A stretch of 57,835 nt of DNA, filler included, from Sphacelaria rigidula (Eukaryota), in assembly GCA_964200075.2 (NCBI GenBank). It is 4 parts of 4 records of this genome, joined end to end, with 100 filler letters (N's around TTAATTAATTAA, not from the genome) between each part and the next. Parts side by side here need not be neighbours in the genome. Positions count along the whole stretch, not along the records: positions 43,455 to 57,835 come from CAXNAA020002279.1; 3 more parts are not named here. The stretch is one strand, 5' to 3'. The position numbers were made by a program, and so were the translations under genes. Below, in pieces: positions 47,597-57,835 of this stretch; the first letter of the stretch is position 1; each line of letters starts with the position of its first letter. The notes beneath the pieces are model-generated. The model searched no databases. It was not told the DNA's origin and saw nothing but the letters and a program-made list of their open reading frames with translations.

Positions 47597-50500
47597 TTAC
47601 GACTCGTACACATTCATGGCGAAGCTTCCACCACAGATCTCTCCGGGGGCTCCAGAACACGCCATTGTGCAGCCGTCGGATTCACCGTGGCGAGCGTATT
47701 CGTCGTCGTCACCGCACCAGCACTGCAGATGTATATTCACGACAACGCGCGCGCGCGAACGGTTGGAAACATTCGGCTGACTTGAGTTGACAGGGCAACA
47801 AAAGTAGGATCCTATCTTCCAACAAACATCATGTGCGAGGCACCTTATCCGCGACCATCGTTATTCTGTTCCTATTGCTGCTACTTCGAGGTACCGAGCA
47901 CTAGTCCCGCCGCGTTGATACTCAGGAATCGAGCACGCTCGTTGCATGGGACGAAGGATTTCGACGATCAGAACCCTTCGCCTGGTCCCCACGCTCAACT
48001 CTAGAGTAATTCCATCGACGGATGGCTCACCTCGCTACTGAACTGAGTCGCGTAGTACTTGGAGCCGTCGCAGGTTTCGGCACAGAGCTGGGTATGAACA
48101 GCGAAGAGGAATGGGATGGCGGAACGGGCAGGGGGGGGGAAGGTTTAGGCAAGGGAGTCGTTCGCTGTGCAGAGGAGTCGTTCGCTGTGCAGAGGAGCGA
48201 CTTGTTCGGGTGCCGTCATAAAACATTTGCGAAACGATCCACCTGTGCGCCCTACCAGCGTGAGCTATTATCTACCCATATGAACATCGATTGGACCTAC
48301 AGGGTCGAATCCATTTGCGAACCTTGCGAACATGTGCGGTTGACGCCTAATCCCACCATGAAAAACAGAGGGGAATCCCCGCTACGAGGAGAAAAAGAGG
48401 ACTTGATGGCAGAAACACGTGGCACATTCAGCATGTCCACAACCTGTTCCACGTTCACCACGTTCAACCCGCACCAACAGCGTGAGAAATCCAAGAAACT
48501 TGGGGTTCATGCCCTTGTTGCTGGCTAGTGTACGGGACCCACCGCTGTGGTCATGTCGGTGCTGCTCAGGGCCTTCTCGAAGACGCGATCAGCAGCCGTG
48601 TCAGCGTAACAACCGAGGCCACCGCCGCTGACCACGTTGGGCTTGTAGATGCTGATTGCATCGCGTCCACCGCAAATTTCGTCGTCATCGCCGCCACAAG
48701 CGAAGTCGCAGCCGTCCGATATCACCTCCGGGTTGTCGCCTTCGACGCCGCAGAAGCACTGTATGATCGAGTGATGACAACGCAGATCAAGAGGAACAGA
48801 GTGGGTCGATGCGATGTCGTGTGCAGTCGTTTTTCGGGGTGTCAACGCTCTCGACACTTCACCGTGTGCATTCTGAATCAGTGAGATACTTTCATCTTAC
48901 CGGTGAAAAAGTGCAAGTCGGGTGAGTGTAGTCAAGAGTACGCGGTAACATCAACAGACCAAAAACAAAGAATCCAGCTCACGAACGCCATGACGATGTC
49001 ACTGCACATGCTTCAAGGCCTACTCTGTATCGGCGTATTTGCTTGGATTCGTACACTTGGGTGATATACCCTGTTTTCCTCAAATAGTGCCAAGATGGCC
49101 ACACACAAGAATGCGAACGATAATGTTAAGCACAACATGAAGCGTGCCAGTGCCCGTGCAGCACGATGTGGAGACTAGACCCTCATCAATTTATAGGAGC
49201 CATATCAAAGTGTCATATTTGGGTATCTCGTAGGGACCGCTGAACTCCAGGTCAAACAAAACATTGTACCCACCTCCACCGCGTATTCAGTTCCGAACCA
49301 TGGGGCACCCACGCAGAAGGTGGAGCACAACTGTAACCAACGATCAAGCGGAGGGGCACGCGCGAGGCATGGGAGGAGCGGGGGCAGAGACAAGTGTCAG
49401 GTGATCGATGAACCTCGGGTGGATATTTAAACATTGCGCAGCCTGTTACGATGTTCGTGTACTGGGGCGGGTTGTACGGTTGACTTTGTGGATTTACCTC
49501 CCGAGAATATCGTGAACCTCAATCCGGCCGTAGCGTTGAACACAACCTCCAACAATTTCGAGAACAAAAGACCCTGCTCCTGTACCTAATAACTCATGTT
49601 CCTCACGTCTGCGGTCATGGCGGGGTCAACCAACTTTTCTCCGGAGAGCACGCGGTCGCGTCCGTCTACGAAGCAGTCCACGTAGCTGTACTCGGAGTAC
49701 GCGTAGATGTTGATCGCTCTGTTGCCACCGCAGGTCTGAGAATCATCTCCGCTGCACGGGAAGGTGCATCCGGTGGATGGACCGTACTCTTCGGGGTCAT
49801 CCGTGGTGAGCCCGCAGTAGCACTGTAGCAACACGCGATCCAATGTTGTTCACGACCGATGGGGGATGGAGGTGGGGCAAGGAGACACTGACTGTGGTTT
49901 CGACGAATATTTTTTTTCAGCCTTCGCGACATGGGCTATATGTTTTGAGTCATGTATCGACGTTAAGGCGAAAGTTTTCATCCTCGAAACCTGCACAGAA
50001 AAAAGAGTGTCCACGTAGATATATACTCAACCAAGGGTCTGTCAAGAATATATTTCGGGACACGTAGGCCCCAAGATCGAAAATTCGAGTTTTTGATTGG
50101 GGGGGGGGGGGGGGGGGGGGGGGGCACACCGAGCCAGCCTTCCCCTTGCTTATTGCTGAGGCGTTGGTGGATGCGGTCAGCTGCCGTGCACAGAGATTAT
50201 TGGCATGTTGACCGCTGAGATGGACGGACAAACCGCTCCTCCAAGATCAATTTATTCCAACAAAAAATAAAAACAACCACAAGAAATAAAAATCATGCCA
50301 ATTTTTAAAAAATTGCCCTCCACCTTTCTCTCGATAGACTCTTGCCACAGAGGACAGACGAGAGGGTGGGGTTCAAGCGGGCGGGGAAATCATCATCTTT
50401 CTCTTTTCTGATACCGGTACTATGTGTTGGTTAGTTGGAAGGGCTTTCTTATGCCGTGCGCGTTCTCACCTCGTTGCCGTATTGTGTTCCGAAGTAACTC

Positions 50501-53500
50501 GTTGCTGGTCCAGCACAGTAAGCGGCACACTTCTGTACTCCCGAGGAACGGTGCACGAATCAAACATAATGAAAGTAGCCGAACGGCGCAGCAGAAGAGC
50601 GCAACGAGTTTACACAGTCAGTGCTTATTTGGAAATATTCCTGCGCGCGTGACGGAACGTCAGGTGAACGGTACCTACCAGAGACTGGCACAGCACCTCC
50701 AATTGTACATGCGACTGCCAATGCCAAGAAGAGGCGAGTATTAGAGAATGGGGAAGTGTTGGATGATTAAAGCTGGCCTATCGACGACAGTAGATGCCAC
50801 ACCAACAGGCGAAACCCACGCGATTGGAGCATGGACACGTGCTGGATGATGAATGCCGTCGCCCTGGTGGCTCAGTTGGAACCTCGAAACCTTCTTGTGG
50901 TTGGACGTGGGTTCGAATCTCGGAGCATCTGCGCAATGCTTGATAATAAGAATAAAGGCAAGCACCGCAAAAAAACTTGTGTAGACCGGCGTCCAGAATA
51001 GATGAGACGGCAACACACACCACATCCCATCGCAAAACCGATCGCATCAACCCCTTACCCGCCTCAGTAAGTGATATGTTGTAGTTGTAATGATTTCAAA
51101 TGAAAACATCCGTGCAAGAAAACACGAGGGTAACTTGATCAAAGACGAATGTAATATTTGAACTATTTCACAAGAAACCTGCAGGTACCTGGGGTACAGC
51201 ATCACCAGCAGCACTCACCTCAGTGGTCATGTCGGGTTGTTTTTTGATAGAAGCACCAGACAATACACGGTCAGCCACGTCGTCGGTCCAGCAGCCAAGA
51301 GTCACGTACGCGGGCGACTCAACAATGGTCGGGGGCTCGGTGGTCGGGGGCGCGGTGGTCGGAGGCACAGTGGTCGGGGGAGCGGTGGTCGGGGGCGCGG
51401 TGGTCGGAGGGGCAGTCGCGGGGGGCGGGGTTTCTACCGGCTGGAATCCTCCAACAGGACCCTACGTCAGAAAACGTCGGAAAGGTGCATGCGGAACGAT
51501 GGGAAAAGGTGTAATATTGGCGACATGAAGATTGGTGGTGTGATCAGTAGCAGGGTGTACGTAGGGTGGACAGCAATGCCGTGCCTGTTGGGGTGACGCA
51601 CAAATGTCAACCGTATTCCGAAAACCAACACCGTGTACCCTGTGTGCCGGAAAAATCGCCGCACTTCCGTACAAGTAGCTTTTCTTGGCTTTGCCCTCAT
51701 CATCGAGAGGTCTCTCGGTCAAAATGCATCGAATGGTGAAGGACTGACCGGCGATCTCGACCGCTCGCGGTTTGAGACCAACCGCGAAATGTGTTTTACT
51801 GAACAACCAGAAGGTGACCCGAAACAGACACACGATGTGTATGACCATGGGATAAGTTGAACGAATTACGCCAAGTAATCGTATCAATTGCCAAACCAAT
51901 ACCCGTATGACTGAAGAAATGCTTGGTGCCACTTCACTTCAGTTTGGCCTGGAATGTAAGAACTAGTTCTGGACCAACGCACCATGTTGGTCCGGATGGC
52001 CCTCGCGCAGTCTTCGGTTTCGGTGCCGGTGGGCTGTTCCCTGTAGTTGACCAACGGGTTGGAAAAGTGGTTGATCCTCGGTGCCCGCATGGCCGGGCAC
52101 TTGATGCTCATGATGGTGCTGAACCTGCAACACATTGATGAAATTGAGAGGAGGACCAGGGGATGTTAGAAGGACCATCATGTTGAACGAAACGAAGACA
52201 GACTCATGCCACGATAGGGGAGAGGGGGGTGTTGAATTCCACGCAAAAATGGGCTCATAGGTGCGTCATACGACCAAAACATCTTGCGGTGAGCATGTAT
52301 TTGCGTACATCAAGTAGCGTCGAGCAGTATAAACGAGCGTTCATCATCGGGAACAAGCGCGTTCGAACAACCGTTGCTGCTTCCAACAACGATTGCGAAG
52401 TAAAATTTCGCCGAAGAAACCTATCAATCCCCCATCATAGCATGACTCGACAAAATGGCAGCACGTTGTTACATGAAAACCCACGACCCCAAGACTATGC
52501 AACAACCATATTTGCTGTATCGCTACAATTTCGCGCACGGGATATCGAGTACTGCAATGCGCAACGCGTGTCGGGAATAACGTTTTTGCCTTCAAACTGA
52601 TGGGACTGCTTCTCCTTTTGTTCCCTGTTCTCTTTCCTCATTCCCTGCTCACTGTAAACAGCAGCAAAAAAAGCAAACACGAAAATCATAACACTACCGC
52701 GCCATCGTGTCAGAACGGCTATCAGTGCCTCATCAATATGTCCGATACTCACGGGTCGTCTCCCTCACAAACACGGTAGCCGTGCTCGTATTCACTGTCG
52801 ACAACCGAGTCTTCCCTGTTTCGGTAGCAGCCCAGGTTGTGCCCGAACGCGTGCGACTGGGACAGGTTCTCGATGCAAATCGGGTTCACGGCAGAGAAGC
52901 CGTTGCGCGCATTTCCATTGAAGTTGTAACTGTTTCGCACAAAGTGGATGGTTACGGCCAGGGTCAGGTGGGAAAACGACTTGTTACCGGGGCTCATCAT
53001 GATTGGAGGGGCGGTGTGGGGGGGTGGTGTACACATGCATCATGTGCATGCCATGGTCATAAAGTCCATTGATCTCGCATCCCTACAAAGCCGGGACGGA
53101 GCACGCCGGGTTTTCGCCGGACCGGACTCGCACTCAAATCACCAAGCGCGAAGCGCCGTGGTGTGTTGGGCGACTCGTATCAAGGGTGAGCTGGATTCTG
53201 CTAAGATTGTTCGGCCCAAAGCCTACCAATTCTCTTGGGTTTGGATAACAGCCTACAATGAATTGCTTCATTTTCTGGCATTGCCTCTTCCTGAGAAGGA
53301 GGGACGGTGGTGGTGGTTTGGTTGGGACGGTGGTGGTGGTGGTGGGGGATATCGACCTACTTTACAGCCTCCTACTCTCTCTGGTGTTGATCCATCTGCG
53401 AGCACGATCAGGCGAGCCTATTCTTGGATGAACGAAACATCTCTCAGGTGACCCATCCTAGGTGGCCTATGCTTCTATCCCGAGCAAAAAATGTCCACAT

Positions 53501-56500
53501 GTTGGGACACTCACGCAGCGCTGCACGAGGTTTCGAAGGAACCGACGAGTTGCACCAAGTCCGCTTGGTAAGTGTTGCGAAGGTCTTCGATGTCTTCATC
53601 ATCCCGCATGGCCATGACTGTGCCTGTTGCGCTGGTGGAGTCTTCAGGGTTGGGGGCCTGTCATGGTCGTTCAGAAAGGTGGATTCAGTAGCGGAAGTAT
53701 AAGCATTTTTGGGTGGCAGCCGTTTTCGTAGCACAGAAGAGACACCATCAAGGTGGATATGACAAACCAGGGACAAATCAGGGATAAATCCGCGTTTCGA
53801 GTCTCTAAAAACAGTGGGCATTCAATGTATCGTTTCGTCGTCCGTATCTCAAAAGAGTTATCATTTTTGGAGTTATGGATGTTTATATATATACTGAACA
53901 AGCCAGCACTCACAAAGCCGACGTATGCCAGGTTGAAGGTGAGATCGATGCCCGAGTTGACGAACGCGGCGTTAGTAGAGACCAGGCCGTTGTAGATGAT
54001 GGAAACCATTTGTGGTGGATTAATATCACCCATGAGCGTCAGTGCGGCATCCGTGTACAGGTACATCACGTCCACCTGTGCGATCAGCAGGGGTCGTTTT
54101 CCGATAGGTTGGGAGTACATTGGTCGGAAGGTGAAGAACAATCCTTGCAGCATCATTGCCAGACGGATTGAGGGAAATTCACGGCCGGCATGTCATTATA
54201 GCTCAACTTGTCACGTAGTCGGAGGAGAAAAAACAACATTCGAGACTCTCGCCTTTCGCCCGGACTGGAGCCCACGCCCCTCGTTCCGAATCGAACTCAC
54301 GAGGGTGACTACAACCAGTATCGCACAGTTTGGTCATCATCCACGGCGGAGTTTCCGTACTGCGTTGCGAAGTACATTCAGGTCGATAAGCCAAGCGACT
54401 GCGTCAATTGCGTGCAAAACACTTACGCTGCCCGATTCTGTCTCCTGCAAATTGCGAGGCAGGGGAATATTGCGGTTCAGGGTCGACCGTAGGCGGCGAC
54501 GGACTACCGGGTCCACGCTGATGGAGCTTGTGGAATCATCATCCAAGAGAACGTCGTCGTCCTCATAGAAGGTCTCGACGGTCACCTGTGTTGTTGGAGG
54601 GAGGACGGGCAGGGGGTGGGGAGGGTGATCAGCAGTCAAGATATATAAATGGAAAGATCCACAAGTAAGCCTCAACGTACCAGACAAGACCACCTTGGGA
54701 ACCCCATTTACGGTCTGTTGGGCACGTCTCACGTTTCTTCAAAGGCATCACATTTGAAAAGTGTTCCGTGGAGGGAGAAAATGCATTCCCAAACTGTCGT
54801 CATACAGCGCTCAAAACACAGGCTACACTCACCGTCACCAAGCACAGGTCGAATTCACCGGCCGAGCACGGGATGGACTTTTCCACGACGGTGCTGCCGT
54901 CAGTCTTGTACGAAGTTACCGTAAGCACGAAGGTCTGGACAATAAAGGCGAATGCGTGGTGTACAGAACAGGCGGGGTGTGCGGTCAAAAACTAGGTTAT
55001 TCAACACAAAGGGTGTTGATTCCGACACTTGTTCAGCGATACGTCTCAAGAGCTATTTCTTGTCTGCTCTACTGTCCCAAGGGAAGACCCGCCGCCTGTC
55101 TCTGTGCTGCTCTACCGTCTTGGCTGCGAGGGACAATTCAGACCAAGTACTGTATCAAGTAGACATTTTGACCTCCGGATCATCTCACCGGGAGAGTCAG
55201 AGAGGCAAACCTGACAAGGTATTCTGCAGAGGGTATCGCGAAAGCAACGGATGAGAAATCGGAGCTGAAGCCATGTACGGTCAATGATCACCTCAGTCTC
55301 GCAAGGGTCGCTCCACGTCATGCCGACGTCGCGGGGTGCTACTTCGTCGGCGCCTTGTGCAGGGCTCGACACAACTCCTTGCCAGCTCTGATTGAAGGAA
55401 CGAAGACACCAGAAGAAACACGAATCAGGAGTGGACAGCAGCGATAACAGATGAATATACACACCTGGGAATATACTGACACACATGTACTACAGCAGAC
55501 AGTGGCAGGTGTTGGCTGAGCTTACCACTCGAAATCGGTGAAAAGAGCAAATGTTTTCGTGACTTTCCCCCATTTCCTTCGTACACGCACGTTTTACTTC
55601 GTTAGTGATATTCGCTAAATCTGGGTGCGATGTCAAACCCGTGGACTCAAACGGAGTGAGGTTCTTACAAGGCGTGCCAGGGCGTCGTCGAAGTGAGACC
55701 CGTCCTTCGTGTCGAACAACACCAAGTCCGCCGTGATGGTCTGCCAGATAAATCAGGGATAGAGAGAAGACACGCCGAGGCACGAAAAACACAGTTAACG
55801 TTGAACCTATGGATGCATTTTTGGAAAACGTCGGTCTTTTCGACGCCAGTCGCTTCATTCTAAACGTCACGAAAATGAATGTAGAATTGGAATTCGCTCG
55901 CTGTTCCGCGCATAACGAGCTTTTGTACTGTAGTGTTACTTTATACATAAATCGTTTCACACGAAGGTGAAGTTCGAGCGACTCCAAAACAAAAAGTGTT
56001 CCTGTTACTGTTTTATTTGAATGAAAGGATTATATGAGTATTCGGCAGCAACTGAAAATCAGGAGGTTCAAAAGTTTCCTCGGCGAGAACTTTCGCGGGC
56101 AATCCGTTATACGACACACAGCATGCGCTAGTAAACACACCTCGTCAGAGGTGAGGGGAATCTCGACTGAGGTAGCGCCTTCCAGCAACGCGAGCGTGTC
56201 ACATTGCAGTTGCGCCAACGTAAGGGCCTCCGCGACTGCGAAGAGAGTGGGAAGGCGAGCGATGTTTGAGGCGGCGCGTTACAAGAGATATTCATCGCCG
56301 ACTCATGGTACACATTGCGAACTCCAGAAGCGTTCGGGTAGGCCACCAAGATACGTCTCGTACAAGCGGCTGTACTCGGTCCCTGGATGCGGAAGGCGAC
56401 AGTAATCAAATCGGCCACGACCACCTTTTGTCCGTTCCGTGCTGCACACCGGGGATGTTGGGGAGCTGAACGAGAACTTGGAGCGTTCGAAATACTTCCG

Positions 56501-57056
56501 TGACAGTGACAAGGGGTAGCGGCGTGGGGGGTAGTCATGATCTTGTATGTCATAAGACGTATGACCGTTGCCCTTGCATCCCTGCAAAGACGGGACGGAG
56601 CACCCGCGTTTTCGCCGGACTAGGCTAGCAATCACCAAGCGCGAAGCGTCGTGATGTGTTCGGCGGGTGGCATGAAGGATGAGCTCTATCCCGGGGGATA
56701 AGGTAGTTCACGTAGGATACGTGCTACCTAGGGCTTCAAATTTCTCGTCGTAAGAGTTCGTCGGGCGAATCATTTCTTAGTATGCCAGCGGCCCTATATT
56801 ACCCGCATTACAGCCAACAGTCATATCGCACCATGGCCACGGTAAGTGGCCCCATACGGACCGAAAGAATTGACTTGAGTTTTGGCTTGCTCTTTAGCTT
56901 GGCTGGCTTACCAGATGATTGGGGGTCCGCATCCTCGAGCGCCACGGCCTCAGGAAATTCAGACGTATCGCCATCACTTCCGGCAAGGTCGAACAACTGC
57001 GCTGTGGCGCCCATAAGCATGGCCGCCAGCAAGACAATCCTGAGTGACGGCGTCAT
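47597..57056 (-). CDS. Secreted reprolysin/M12B-like (metzincin) domain protein with a degenerate zinc site, P/T-rich linker and three WSC domains; 17 exons, about 756 aa
   Basis: Exons 57056-56912, 56235-56141, 55740-55669, 55387-55292, 54934-54833, 54585-54427, 54075-53914, 53657-53515, 52929-52753, 52124-51983, 51461-51219, 50532-50470, 49822-49607, 49330-49274, 48758-48543, 48087-48031, 47722-47597. All GT-AG and phase-consistent, 2271 nt. Signal peptide MTPSLRIVLLAAMLMGATA. Motifs VDVMYLYT..AFVNSGI, LRNTYQADLVQL, HAFGHNLGCYR, Met-turn TIMS, FSNP. WSC pattern (G/D)C..D...RV..MT...C...C....(F/Y).T....EC.CG..C...C.G.....CGG occurs three times. Confidence 0.9.
50861..51021 (+). mobile_element. 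Short, internally deleted copy of the tRNA-derived SINE
   Basis: A box TGGCTCAGTTGG and B box GGTTCGAATC, followed by AAGGCAAGCACCGC..GTGTAGACCGGCGTCCAGAATAGATG..CAACACACAC. Confidence 0.8.
51325..51425 (-). repeat. 15-bp coding tandem repeat encoding (APPTT)n, a mucin-like linker
   Basis: About six units of CCGACCACCGCGCCC-type sequence in exon 51461-51219. Confidence 0.9.
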
Positions 57057-57835
57057 TGTTGATGACTTTTCCCTGGTAGGGACAATATATATGTGGGCAT
57101 TGTTGAAGGGTGGGTAAAGTGGGGTGGGGGTCAGTAGTACAAAAACGTTTCGAGACGAGCTCACTCTGATTTTTCCCATACGATACTCCCTGTTCCATCA
57201 CACTGCGTGTCTCGACGCCCGTCACAGTGCACGCGCGTCCTGTGCTTGCAACCCCTTGGGCAGATAGAAGAAGTGCACGTTCATCGTACCTATTAGCACC
57301 AGCGTTGAACGCATTTGCCCAAATTCGAGTAGACGAAGTTGTTCAAGCATCGTACTCGACGTGCTAATGTGCTGCGCATTTTTCTGACCCTTGCCCGCCA
57401 CGTAGGGTCGGGTTTTCTGGGTCTAAAGTCAGAAATGAAAAGGAAGAGATGACCCACCGCGTAGAACGAATCATGATAACGCATTATTCGCCCCGTACGT
57501 ATCATGATTGAGGAGCATTTGAATCATTCGACTGCCGTACGTATCATTAATGAGAAAATTGTTGAAACTATGTTGCCCTAGTCTCTGGAAGTACTGAATG
57601 TATCACTTTTCTTGCGGGAATCACAAGCAGGAGAATGTCTTGCCGTACGAATCAGAGGTGAAAAACAGTCGCTGTACCGTACGAATCAAGGGTTAGGTGA
57701 ATGCTGGGAAAAAGAAAGGAGTCGAATGCTGGGAAAAAGAAGTCGTAGCGGCCGGATCGAGGATGAGGGAAGATATCATTAGCGGGGGGGGGGGGGCCAT
57801 CATAAATACCAGGGGGAAATGTTGAAAACGGGGCG

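Noticed and set aside
16449-57056. Functional cluster of the MetRS, WD40 and WSC genes
   Set aside because: They lie on different contigs that were joined artificially.

Overview
Eukaryotic, intron-dense, repeat-rich DNA. A brown alga (Phaeophyceae) is my inference from the WSC-domain gene, GT-AG introns with short exons, TTAGGG repeats and long G/C runs; it is not proven. The window is not one locus. It is four near-equal contigs (14391, 14382, 14381, 14381 bp) joined by identical 100-bp spacers (44 N + TTAATTAATTAA + 44 N). Contig 1 holds a Ty3/Gypsy pol (PR-RT-RNase H) cut by an apparently intact 4.47-kb pogo/Tigger transposon, whose 4-exon DD30D transposase carries an N-terminal C4HC3 (PHD-like) zinc finger. 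It also holds a separate PPT + 3' LTR and one likely host exon. Contig 2 holds the last five exons of a methionyl-tRNA synthetase with an EMAP II-like tRNA-binding domain, in introns packed with nested MITEs and SINEs. Contig 3 holds a long WD40-repeat gene. Contig 4 holds a complete 17-exon gene for a secreted protein: a reprolysin/M12B-like domain with a degenerate zinc site, a P/T linker and three WSC domains. The most unusual signals are the PHD-like pogo transposase, a family of retroelement 3' ends terminating in poly(C) rather than poly(A), TTAGGG-bearing dispersed elements, and the probable pseudo-metalloprotease-WSC protein. No CRISPR, rRNA or true tRNA genes were seen. All exon models are hand-derived.
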